Notes: generated by a model not told the origin, from the sequence alone. Positions 1 to 9,095 are shown, counted from the stretch's first letter. The stretch: DNA of 64,000 bases from Candidatus Oxydemutatoraceae bacterium (GCA_965218975.1 OZ244717.1:1280001-1344000); one strand, 5' to 3'. Made by a program: numbers and translations.

Positions 1-62
1 TCTTCTTCACTAAAAGCGGCTAATTTTTCTAAGGATTGCTTTAATTCTTCATCTAGTGCCAT
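1..62 (-). CDS. 5' end of an unidentified gene running off the window (MALDEELKQSLEKLAAFSEE...)
   Basis: Minus-strand ATG at 62 preceded by GGAGGG; open to the window edge. Confidence 0.5.
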   Translation of the reverse strand, partial: MALDEELKQSLEKLAAFSEE

Positions 63-425
63 TTTACCCTCCGGAATAGTGTGAGCGCATATCAGACACG
101 GAAATCTAAACTATTGCTACGTGTCTGAAAAGCAACTGCTTAAATACATTTTAAGCCGATGCGCTAGCCGAGATCAATAATTAGACACAGTAGTCCTTTA
201 CTCTATTTGTACTTACGGGCGGTCGCTGAATAGCACTTGGCACACCATAATATTGTGGTTAGGCAGCAAATCTTTTAACACACAGTACCTATGATACGTT
301 GCCGCTTGGTGGAAACGATATATACGTGTATCCACTGAATTGAGTGTAAGCGGACACACGAAATGAGGGCAAGAGACACAACTTGAGGGAAAATTAGTCC
401 GGATGCGGGACTACCAGGGCTCTGA

Positions 426-1157
426 TCATTCAATTCTGTTTGTTTTTGGCCCTGCCGGAATTTCATCGTATGTGCGATTATTAAGTATTCGACCATTTCG
501 GTGCTTTTGAACGCCACCCCATTGTTTGAAAAAGAACGATGCACCAAACGTTCTGCACTGATCCTTGATTGACAGAACCCAATCTTCTTTCATCGGTCTT
601 GCGCCGGGCCCGGACTCTCCGCCGACAATAACCCAGTGAATACCCCTTAACGGCAGATCATCGACAGGGCCAATCAGTGGTTCGCAAGAGAGAAAACGTG
701 TATGAGAAGGAACTTCCCGCAAATCATGGATACGCTGATAAACCCGATTGTCTTCTACGCTAACACCCATCCAGATATTTGGTGTCCACTTGAGCTTGTT
801 CGCCAGGGATTTCAGGCGCCCGCTGCGTTTGGTGAGAATCTGGAAAATGTGTTGGGAACAATCGTTCATCGTTTTGAATGCTTGCTCGATAAATCCGGTT
901 GGTACGTTTTGGTGGAAAATATCGCTCATGGAGTTGACGAATATCATGCGGGGTGAGCGCCATTTGCGGGGCGCATCCAATAAATCTTCGTGTAACGTTA
1001 GTTTGAAACCGTTCCGGTAGCGCTTATTTCCCATCAATTTGAGGCGACGGGACATACGTTCCGCATAGCAGTGCTTGCAGCCGGCACTGACCTTCGTGCA
1101 GCCCGTGACGGGGTTCCAAGTCATTTCAGTCCATTCGATTTTGGAGCGAGACGCCAT
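426..1157 (-). CDS. DUF5131 / phage Gp37-Gp68 family protein (three-Cys motif, radical-SAM-like)
   Basis: IEWT..TWNPVTGCTKVSAGCKHCYA (Cx6CxxC), FVNSMSDIFH, QILTKR, EPLIG, WVIVGGESG, FFFKQWGG. Confidence 0.9.
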   Translation of the reverse strand: MASRSKIEWTEMTWNPVTGCTKVSAGCKHCYAERMSRRLKLMGNKRYRNGFKLTLHEDLLDAPRKWRSPRMIFVNSMSDIFHQNVPTGFIEQAFKTMNDCSQHIFQILTKRSGRLKSLANKLKWTPNIWMGVSVEDNRVYQRIHDLREVPSHTRFLSCEPLIGPVDDLPLRGIHWVIVGGESGPGARPMKEDWVLSIKDQCRTFGASFFFKQWGGVQKHRNGRILNNRTYDEIPAGPKTNRIE

Positions 1158-1162
1158 CTTAA

Positions 1163-2056
1163 TTATCTACTCGCGTTTAGAACATGGTCGGCAAACCTCT
1201 TCGCCAAAGCTATTGCTTTTGGTGAAGTGCTTCCAACACAGAATATGAACTCATAGAGCGGTGAACTTCTCGAGTTTACCAATGTCTTTGATTTTTTCAT
1301 TAATCTTGAGCCAAACAGATTGCCCAGCTTGCGTTTGTATAGTTCAACGATTCCTTCAGCACCGGAATCTCTTTTATGGACTTTATTTACGCCGTCAAAC
1401 AAGGTCTGCTCTAAATTGACGGAATAGAGTTTTTTCCAACTGTAGTCACCAAAGACACGAGTTAGTTTCTGTGCGACCGGAGGTGGAATATCGTCTGGAT
1501 TTTTTGAAACAGGTAACAGTCGGCTAACTACATGCGTTGGGAAAAGGATCCAAGTATCTAGCGCTTTACACTTTGCTATCTTCTCAATAGTTGCCCATTC
1601 AACTTCTATGCCATACGGGTCCAGGAAAAGTACGCCCCGCCATTTTTTGTTGCCAGAGATTTCTTTCGAGATCTTGCGCAGACTAGCGTTGGCCTCGGCA
1701 TTAAAAACACGAACATGGCTTTCGCCTCCTTCCTTCAATCGTTTCAATTGCTCACATCGTTTATGGTCCTGTTCAATGAAAATCAGTTGATCAAACCTTT
1801 TTTTATCAATTTTTAAGGCTATTGATGCAGAACCTTCGTAGAATTCTTTCTGTTCCTCTTTGAGAACGGAGAGTAAATCAGTGTCTTTGCATTTCGGATA
1901 AATAAATCCTGACCCGGCGAATGCATCTATGTACACTAAATGAAAATGTTGTGTTTTTAACGCAGTGGTATAGGAATTAAGGTACTGCTCGAGCATATTC
2001 AGCTTCTGAATAGTCCAGGTTCCTCCCCAGGTTTCATTAGGTCTGTTCTGGCTCAT
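1163..2056 (-). CDS. tcmP: Three-Cys-motif partner protein, TcmP-like (SAM-dependent methyltransferase fold)
   Basis: WGGTWT.QKL, YIDAFAGSG, FLDPYG; lies 5 nt upstream of the DUF5131 gene, the usual pairing. Confidence 0.85.
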   Translation of the reverse strand: MSQNRPNETWGGTWTIQKLNMLEQYLNSYTTALKTQHFHLVYIDAFAGSGFIYPKCKDTDLLSVLKEEQKEFYEGSASIALKIDKKRFDQLIFIEQDHKRCEQLKRLKEGGESHVRVFNAEANASLRKISKEISGNKKWRGVLFLDPYGIEVEWATIEKIAKCKALDTWILFPTHVVSRLLPVSKNPDDIPPPVAQKLTRVFGDYSWKKLYSVNLEQTLFDGVNKVHKRDSGAEGIVELYKRKLGNLFGSRLMKKSKTLVNSRSSPLYEFIFCVGSTSPKAIALAKRFADHVLNASR

Positions 2057-2116
2057 CGGTTAATTTTTTTGCTCGTTGTTATCAGTTTAGCATGAGTAAT
2101 TAGGGTGCAGTGCGGT

Positions 2117-2212
2117 TAGAAACCTTTGATGCGGTGGCCGATGTGCTGATATTGCATGTCGGTCATCTTTTTGAGTTAGGCCGTAAGTCCCATATGTATC
2201 TGGCACTATACA
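2117..2212 (-). mobile_element. Solo left end of an IS481-like element
   Basis: Reverse complement of TGTATAGTGCCAGATACATATGGGACTTACGGC...ATCAAAGGTTTCTA; near-identical to copies at 44490-44561, 50403-50498 and 63189-63284. Confidence 0.75.
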
Positions 2213-2220
2213 GTTGGTCC

Positions 2221-2261
2221 CAAACAACCCTCAAAAACCCGTAGTGTACTGACATTATGCA
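2221..2261 (+). mobile_element. Degenerate right end of an IS481-like element
   Basis: CCCTCAAAAACCCG...TGTACTGACATTATGCA resembles the right ends at 15640-15674 and 47146-47180. Confidence 0.45.
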
Positions 2262-2263
2262 AT

Positions 2264-2890
2264 TTATTGCACAGATCTCTGAACCATTATTATGGCTGGC
2301 ACCAGAATACAATACATAGATCCCACTATTAGAGTACCGAGAAACAGAAACACGATAAAAGCTATAGAAGAGCGCAGTTTAGATACACTGTTAAGTTTGC
2401 GTAATGTATCCCATACGAATAGTAACCAAGCCGGTGCAGATATGGTTATCACCAAAAATAATGTATTCCTAATATCAATATCTGATTTCGTCACTTTAAG
2501 GTAACTTCCGATAAAGAACCAAATTATGGTAGTGACAACGATAAAAACGCCTATAAAGTAAGCCCAAGGAACAAAAATATTTTGTAATGTTGCTTTCCCG
2601 CCAACAATAAGCCAACTCAGTTTCAGAAATAATATAGATAAAACAACGGCCAGGAGACTTTCTACAGCCTCAATCGCTAGATATTCATTGAGATCGCTAG
2701 GTCCAGGTCCAAGTAACAGTGGAAATTCAACAAGTGAAGCAATAATAATAGATAAAACGAGGAACCGGAACGCATCTTTAAATGTAGAGTCTGTACTTAT
2801 GTTTTTTGATTCTATAAAGGCATTAGGCCCAGAAAATATCGCTATAAGTTCCTTAAAGTACTTTGCAAGATAAGACAAGAGTGCAGTCAT
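2264..2890 (-). CDS. Multi-pass membrane protein (Yip1-like)
   Basis: About 5 hydrophobic segments; P..F near the N-terminus and a GGKAT loop as seen in YIP1-type proteins. Confidence 0.55.
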   Translation of the reverse strand: MTALLSYLAKYFKELIAIFSGPNAFIESKNISTDSTFKDAFRFLVLSIIIASLVEFPLLLGPGPSDLNEYLAIEAVESLLAVVLSILFLKLSWLIVGGKATLQNIFVPWAYFIGVFIVVTTIIWFFIGSYLKVTKSDIDIRNTLFLVITISAPAWLLFVWDTLRKLNSVSKLRSSIAFIVFLFLGTLIVGSMYCILVPAIIMVQRSVQ

Positions 2891-3099
2891 AACAGCATTT
2901 TCTACAAGATACTAAACAGAGGTTCAGAGGTTGCTTCATCGACAGCTATACTGTTTGGGTGATTCTACCACGCTCTGGGAGGGGTATTGGCAAGCGGATG
3001 TACGATGTCGTCCGTATGTGTGAGTGTGCCGGCAACAGATTTAGCCTCCGTCGTGTTACTAACGCCAAGAATCTTCTTCAGGATTTTGTATAACTCAAT

Positions 3100-3455
3100 T
3101 GTGCTTCCGCGTTCTTCGCCCTTCGAGATTCCAGCAAGGCTCGGTGTACCCGAGATTGACCCCGGACGATCTTAATCCCGTGTTCGGCTGGTAATCCCCG
3201 GATCCGATCAATCGGCACCGTACGCCGGGATACCACCGAACTGTATATCTGGTACATACGCTCTCGCGCCTGTCGCGCTCCACGCTTAACCCATGCAAAA
3301 TGCATTGGCGGATGCCACAGCACTTTGCTCGGTCCGTCTTGTTTTTCTTCACAAATGGTTGCAAAAACTGCTGCACTGTTGGCCTCACCTTGTACTCGTA
3401 TCCTCGTAACGCTCGGTCCCGGTAATGCGCACGACCGCACGCTGGTTTGGGACAA
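3100..3455 (-). pseudogene. IS110/IS1111-family transposase relic
   Basis: Fragments in shifting frames: ACGRAHY (cf. EACG.AHYW), PFVKKNKTDRA (cf. PFVKRNKTD.AD), RRT..IDRIRGLPAEHGI (cf. RTALINQIRGLLAEFGI). Confidence 0.7.
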
Positions 3456-3480
3456 CAGCCTTCATACCGGATGTTGATTT

Positions 3481-3521
3481 CAAACAGCCCTCAAAAGCCC
3501 GAAATGTATTGGGCACGTACT
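3481..3521 (+). mobile_element. Degenerate right end of an IS481-like element
   Basis: CAAACAGCCCTCAAAAGCCCGAAATGTATTGGGCACGTAC is similar to 2221-2261. Confidence 0.4.
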
Positions 3522-3591
3522 ATGGATTTGTCGCATGTCGTACAGTACTCTATACTCATACACTCATAAATAACAGAGAGAGGAACGTTTA

Positions 3592-4743
3592 ATGACTGAT
3601 AAAAATGAACCCAGAACGCTGGTTTTCAGCTTTGACGGAACCGGCAATGAACCGAGTGATATGGGGCATTTTACCGAAGACGAGAGCATTACCAATATTC
3701 TGAAGTTACATATCCTGATGGGGGGCGGAATCGCAACGGATAACACCGACACAAAAACCCCTAGCGGATCTCTCCAAACCAACTACTATTACAACGGTAT
3801 CGGTACTCGGGAAGGAGGTCGGCAAATCCCGCTTTTGGGTCGTTTATGCTCGGCAGGGCGGAAGTTTATCAATATGATGCTTGCTCCCAGTTCCGGTGAT
3901 GCGAAGAGTATTCTTAACGAAGCCAAAGACGACTTTCAAAAATCATATAAAAACGGAGATAAGTTGGTCGTGTTCGGATTCAGCCGCGGCGCTGCGTTAG
4001 CGCGGAAATTTGCCAGTATTATCCTTGCCGCTAATTCAAAGGTTCGTGTGTCGTTTTTAGGGGTCTTCGATACCGTCGCGGCAATGAGCGGAATACACCG
4101 CAAAGGCGAACGTATCAGCAGCGACGTAGTTTTCGAAAACGGAACGCTAAATGAAAGAATTGAAAAGGCAGTGCATATCGTATCAATTGACGAGTACCGG
4201 GTACCGTTCACGCCGACGCTGATAAACGCAGATGAAAAGAACCCCGAACGCATTACCGAAGTCTGGTTTCCCGGCGTTCACAGCGATGTCGGGGGCGGAT
4301 ACTGGTTTGACGGTTTGTCCGATATTGCGCTTGAATTTATGATCAAGCAATGCCGCTCGGCATTGGATGATCATATTTCGATTCAAGACGGAAGAAACAT
4401 TAAAGGTGTCGGACAATTGTTAACAGATCAAGGTTCCGCTCTTGAAGGGCTGGAGGTTGATGATATCGCCGTCAGGCCTATGGCACACGGTGTGATGCAT
4501 ACGCACCACGGCTTATTATCGAAAATGCAAGACCAAGAACCGAGATCGGTGCATGTATGTGTTAACGATCGGCCCAGCCAAGACTTACCCGTGCTGCACG
4601 AGGCGGTAAAGGAACGATTTGATAAGGTGGCCAGCTACCGCCCGCCCGCCCTGCGAGGCTTGAAATTTAGATTGATGAAAGACGGCACAATCACAAAGAA
4701 TACAATACATGGTATCAGCGAATTGCGCGGATCAGTTCAGTAG
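3592..4743 (+). CDS. DUF2235 / Tle1-like alpha/beta-hydrolase (phospholipase-type)
   Basis: FSFDGTGN, YYNGIGT, VFGFSRGAALAR (GxSxG), FLGVFDTV, HIVSIDE.R, EVWFPGVHSDVGGG. Confidence 0.85.
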   Translation: MTDKNEPRTLVFSFDGTGNEPSDMGHFTEDESITNILKLHILMGGGIATDNTDTKTPSGSLQTNYYYNGIGTREGGRQIPLLGRLCSAGRKFINMMLAPSSGDAKSILNEAKDDFQKSYKNGDKLVVFGFSRGAALARKFASIILAANSKVRVSFLGVFDTVAAMSGIHRKGERISSDVVFENGTLNERIEKAVHIVSIDEYRVPFTPTLINADEKNPERITEVWFPGVHSDVGGGYWFDGLSDIALEFMIKQCRSALDDHISIQDGRNIKGVGQLLTDQGSALEGLEVDDIAVRPMAHGVMHTHHGLLSKMQDQEPRSVHVCVNDRPSQDLPVLHEAVKERFDKVASYRPPALRGLKFRLMKDGTITKNTIHGISELRGSVQ

Positions 4744-4849
4744 AGTCATTCAACAAACGGTCACCGAATGCTTCCGGATGATTTAACTTTTATTCTGAAA
4801 TAGGAACAGGGCCAAGACCACGGTAATAAACGATTATTGAATATATTTG

Positions 4850-5388
4850 CCAGCGCCCTTTGCGATAATGGAACGGGTTGTATGTAGATCAATGGCGCTA
4901 TGCAATGCCGCTCCCGTATGCATTCAAAGTGAGTCATTCGGTGCTGTATCCGAGCGCGACGACGATCGGATGTCTGATCGCAGATACTGCAAATCGGATG
5001 CTTACTTGGGCCGGACATCAATGGAGATGCTCTGCGCTCCATGAGGGCTCCCGGTACTGCGTACGACGGCCCGCTCATCGGAAAAGATCCTCAGCCATAC
5101 CACATGGATTATTACATGACCACTGCTACTGATCATGGAGGCATTCACATCAATTCCGGCATTCCCAATCATGCGTTCTACTTGCTATCTCAATATTTAG
5201 GCGGGTATGCCTGGGACCGTGCAAGACGAATTTGGTATGATGCAATACAGTCAATCAACAACCCTATGGCAACTTTTCACGAATGGGCGGGCAAGACTGT
5301 GGAAATGGCCTATCGGCTTTATGGCGCAGGGAGCATTGAAGTGCACTTTACAAGGTGTGCGTGGAAATTGGTCGGCATCAATGTTTGA
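4850..5388 (+). pseudogene. Protealysin-like M4 metalloprotease, only the C-terminal part intact
   Basis: ALRSMRAPGTAYD..IGKDPQP, DHGGIHINSGIPNHAFYL, AWKLVGI; upstream traces of the NESF motif are frameshifted and no HExxH is found. Confidence 0.8.
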
Positions 5389-5403
5389 GCGGGGGTAACG
5401 GCA

Positions 5404-5739
5404 ATGAAAATCTTTATTAAACGTTCAGGAGGACTGGCGAATATCGGACCGATTCAAGGAGAATTGGACACGGCGGAACTCATGCCGGATTTAGCTCAGG
5501 AGGTCAGCCGGTTGATCAAACTTGTCTCCTCTGGAAAAGCCGGCAAGAAAAATCTGTTCATGGCAGACGGCCAGCAAATTTCAGTTGGCTTTCGACCCTC
5601 GGACTCGGACAAGGACCCATACCTAGAATATGAAATTGATGAATCATCCGTTGATCCTGAATTGTTTGGGATATGTAATGAACTGGCTAACCAAGTAGTA
5701 AAAAACAGCTTAACAAGACGTCGCGCCGAAGCAGGTTAG
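5404..5739 (+). CDS. Emfourin-like protealysin inhibitor
   Basis: MKIFIKRSGGLA N-terminus, ADG.Q motif, about 110 aa, directly downstream of the protealysin gene. Confidence 0.75.
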   Translation: MKIFIKRSGGLANIGPIQGELDTAELMPDLAQEVSRLIKLVSSGKAGKKNLFMADGQQISVGFRPSDSDKDPYLEYEIDESSVDPELFGICNELANQVVKNSLTRRRAEAG

Positions 5740-5742
5740 GCA

Positions 5743-5932
5743 GTGCGGCCTTTCACCGTTAAGTGGCACAAGGAAAGCTTGGCAGGGGCTTTTACTGATG
5801 AAAGTAAACGGAAGGAATTCCGAGAAGAGCTAGAAATTTTGCGAAGGGAACTGCGATAACTATAATTCTATGTCGGCAGATATTGCCGGCGTGGAAGATT
5901 TAACCACTCTGGAACTAACAGAACCAAAGTAA
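5743..5932 (+). pseudogene. C-terminal remnant of a helical protein of unknown function preceding the TIR gene
   Basis: VRPFTVKWHKESLAGAF...EFREELEILRRELR, then +1 T at 5857, then NYNSMSADIAGVEDLTTLELTEPK*; no start codon. Confidence 0.6.
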
Positions 5933-5964
5933 AGTAAAACAGACTAAAAAAGGAGCTTGGCACT

Positions 5965-6461
5965 ATGGCTGATCCAATAAAAAACATCTTTATAAGCCAT
6001 ATTCATGAGGAGGAGGATGAAGGTCTCAACAAACTCAAGAATTTGATCAAAGATAAAGAAATGATTCCCCAGGACTATTCAATCAATGAAGAGTGCATCA
6101 AGTCACGTATTCTGCAATCCGGCGCATTGATTGTTTATATCTCCCCTAAAACCAAGGAAAGCTAGATTGTCAACTGGGAAATTGAGTATGCCCACAGACA
6201 AGGTAAAAGAATTGTAGGGGTCTGGGCACAAGATGAAGCTGGCTGTGAGGTCCCGGAAGCATTGGACAAATATGCTGATGCCGTAGTTGGCTGGGCAGAT
6301 AACCGTACAGATAACCATATCATTAAAGCTATAAACGGAAGTATTGACGTCTGGGAAAATCCGAATGGCGCAAAATGCGCGCCACGGGATATTGACGGCC
6401 CGGAAAATCCGGACGGTACAAAATGCGCGCCCCACGAGATATCGAGCGATATAAATGCTAA
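5965..6461 (+). pseudogene. TIR-domain protein (ThsB/DUF1863-like) with in-frame TAG at 6163-6165
   Basis: AAGGAG RBS; NIFISHIHE; S*IVNWEIEYAHRQGKRIVGVW continues in the same frame past the stop and contains the catalytic-type WE Glu. Confidence 0.8.
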
Positions 6462-6462
6462 T

Positions 6463-7092
6463 GTGAGACTATTTTCTTATATTGTCACTGATGACTATGG
6501 CTTCGCCCCAAACCCTTTTTATGGGGTATGTACGCTGGCCACCTGCAAACCAGAAATTCGGAAAGAGGCCTCTGTCAGAGACTGGGTAATTGGTACTGGT
6601 AGCAAGCGCAAATGCAAACAAGGACGCCTCGTTTATGTTATGCGTGTGACGGAGACAATGACATTTAATGAATACTGGAAAGATGATCGGTTTCAACGAA
6701 AAAAGCCAAACTTGAGAGGAAGTTGGAAACAAGCATCTGGTGACAACATCTACTTCTGGGATGATAAGAAGTGGCAGCAACAGAAATCTTACCACGGTTG
6801 CGATGATGTTAAGCACGACACACAGACTAATAGGGTGCTGCTTAGTACGAAGAAGTATGCGTATTGGGGCGGCTCAGGGCCAAAAATACCTAAAGAGTTT
6901 CGTGACTATAACGGGGTTGATATCTGCACTGGCCGAGGTTGAAAATATAAGTTTTCTAAAGCGTTGGTCAATGACTTTCTCACTTGGTTGTGTTATCAGA
7001 TGTGTCATCTGGATAAAAAAGGCTACCTTGGTACACCCTCGGACTGGCCCTGTTGCCAAAGACCGGAAAAACGAATCGACTGTCAAGGGTGA
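6463..7092 (+). pseudogene. Nmad2 (nucleotide-modification-associated domain 2) protein with in-frame TGA at 6940-6942
   Basis: GTG start; RLFSYIV..DYGFAPNPFYGVCTLATCKPEIR, DWVIGTG, GDNIY; the reading frame continues past the TGA (KYKFSKALVNDFLTWL...GYLGTPSDW). Confidence 0.75.
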
Positions 7093-7093
7093 G

Positions 7094-8218
7094 TTGCTTT
7101 TACGCAACTATATACGAGAAACCGAGCCGACAGACAGCTGACTCCCTAAGGATGATCTGCGCCCGGTTCTTATGGAACTGTTTGGTGAAGTCGGCAGTAT
7201 TATGACAACTGCTAAGAAACACATCCTGGAAAATAAGGCTTACTCCGGATATCGGCAAGCGACGGAGGAAGAATTTGGTGACACGCTTTGGTACTTCACA
7301 GCGTTGTGCCGACGTCTCGGCACGAGTGTTGACACTATTTTTTCTGAAACAGTGGACCAAGATAGCTATAGAAAGTGTCTTGGTGCAAGCGATTCGCCAG
7401 GTAGTACAGTTTCTTACATATTTTCCATTGATGAACTACCCACTCCCGATAAGACGCTACTTAATTTGGGGGAAGCAACTGCGGCATTATTTGGTATAAA
7501 GAGCCTGAATGAGCAGACATATAATTTGCTGCGGACATTCTCGGACTGTTATTTACAAGCACTTCAGGCGATAAACCTAAGTTTTTCAAAGATCGCTCGT
7601 ATGAACATCAAGAAGACACATGGGCGGTTCCTTAATCCTGACGTGACAAAACTGCCAACATTCGATAGCGAATTTTCAGAGGAAGAAAGGCTTCCTTGGT
7701 GTTTTGAAATCAAGATTACACAACGGGCAAGTGGTCAATGTTATTTGCAATGGAATGGTGTATTTATCGGCGGCCCGTTAACAGACAACCTTCTTGATCC
7801 GGACGGCTATCGATTTCATGATGTGTTTCACTTTGCGCATGCCGCTATTCTTCACTGGTCTCCTACTTTTCGTGGCCTGATAAAGCAGAAGCGAAAGAGT
7901 AATCCGAAGATTGATGAGGCTGAGGATGGTGGTAGGGCAATTGTCGTTGAGGAAGGACTTACTGCATGGATATTTTCACGCGCCAAACAGCTCAATTTTT
8001 TTGAGGGACATAACAGTATCTCCTTTGATTTGCTTAAGACCGTGGAGCAGTTTGTACAGGGATACGAAGTGGAAAGCTGTTCTCTGAGGCTATGGGAAGA
8101 ATCTATCCTGAAAGGATACGAGGTCTTTAGACAGGTACGGGATAACAATGGTGGGATTGTGGTTGGAAATCGAGGGGCCCGTACTATTGAGTATAAGTCA
8201 ATAGATGAGAAAGAGTAA
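7094..8218 (+). CDS. MazG-like nucleotide pyrophosphohydrolase with MazG_C domain; N-terminus cut by in-frame TGA at 7139-7141 (ATG at 7172 gives 348 aa)
   Basis: LFGEVGS...EEEFGDTLWY (MazG), LTDN..DPDGYRFHDVFH...WSP..R...KRKS...DEAEDGGRAIVVEEG (MazG_C). Confidence 0.8.
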
Positions 8219-8221
8219 GAC

Positions 8222-8872
8222 ATGAGACCGGCCCAATACGTGGGAGCATTGTGTGGGTTGAATTTTGAAAATACGTTTAATCCTTATTCAGACCGTTGTG
8301 TTGTTCACGACTTGGATGACGCACCGCGCAGTAGAGCACAGATGTTGCAATCCATGCTTGAGGTAGCAACAGAACAGGAAATTGATTCTCTCTGGATTGG
8401 ACGCGATCTGGGTCATCGCGGCGGCAGGAGAACAGGGCTTGCCTTCACAGATGATGTTCATATTCATGCTCACATTCGGCGGTGGGGTTTATCTATAAAT
8501 CATCGGCCAACGAGGGGGAAAGTGGTTATTGAGCGAACTGCGGCTGTCATCTGGCAGGCTCTTTCACGAGTTAACGCATCTGTCTTTCTTTGGAATGTTT
8601 TTCCACTACACCCCCACGAGCCTCACAACCCTTTCAGTAATCGCCCTCATAATTCTTGCGAGCAACGGTCCGGTGAGGAATTTCTCTCTCAACTTATTCT
8701 GCTGTTGAAACCGGATCAATTGATTGCAATAGGCAATGATGCAATGCAAACAGTGCTCCGCTTATGCGCTCGAGACAAAGTTATTCAAGTACGTCATCCC
8801 AGTTATGGTGGACAAACGCAATTTTTAGCGCAAATGCGTAAACTGTACGATCTGAATGGAAGTATTGTCTAG
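8222..8872 (+). CDS. Uracil-DNA glycosylase superfamily protein (SMUG2-like)
   Basis: FNPY, GRDLGHRGGRRTGLAFTD, E.TA..IW, WNVFPLHPH, VRHPSYGG. Confidence 0.85.
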   Translation: MRPAQYVGALCGLNFENTFNPYSDRCVVHDLDDAPRSRAQMLQSMLEVATEQEIDSLWIGRDLGHRGGRRTGLAFTDDVHIHAHIRRWGLSINHRPTRGKVVIERTAAVIWQALSRVNASVFLWNVFPLHPHEPHNPFSNRPHNSCEQRSGEEFLSQLILLLKPDQLIAIGNDAMQTVLRLCARDKVIQVRHPSYGGQTQFLAQMRKLYDLNGSIV

Positions 8873-8882
8873 GACATTAACT

Positions 8883-9095
8883 TGTACTGTTCAGATACAT
8901 ACGGAACTCATGGCACGGACTCAAAAAGTGTCCGATATGCGGTATTGGCACATCGGTCATCGCATCAAAGGTTTCTATTGTAAAATGATCGTTTTAGCTC
9001 CAAAGATGGAGGCTATGATAACAACCGGTGCCAACAAGAGAAACACGATGCCTTCATTTTGGGAAGGTTGTAGCTTCCGGACATATTCAAGGTCA
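8883..9095 (+). mobile_element. Degenerate left end plus transposase N-terminal stub of an IS481-like element
   Basis: TGTACTGTTCAGATACATACGGAACTC...; encodes RYWHIGHRIKGFY, homologous to the 50.3-50.5 kb and 63.2 kb copies. Confidence 0.7.

Noticed and set aside
250-5741. Integron cassette array (GTTAGGC-like cores at 258 and 5735, and similar motifs near 2900 and 3060)
   Set aside because: I could not find paired inverse cores or attC stems, gene orientations are mixed, and no intI is present
5965-6461. Canonical Thoeris system
   Set aside because: No ThsA-type (SIR2-SLOG or macrodomain) effector is nearby
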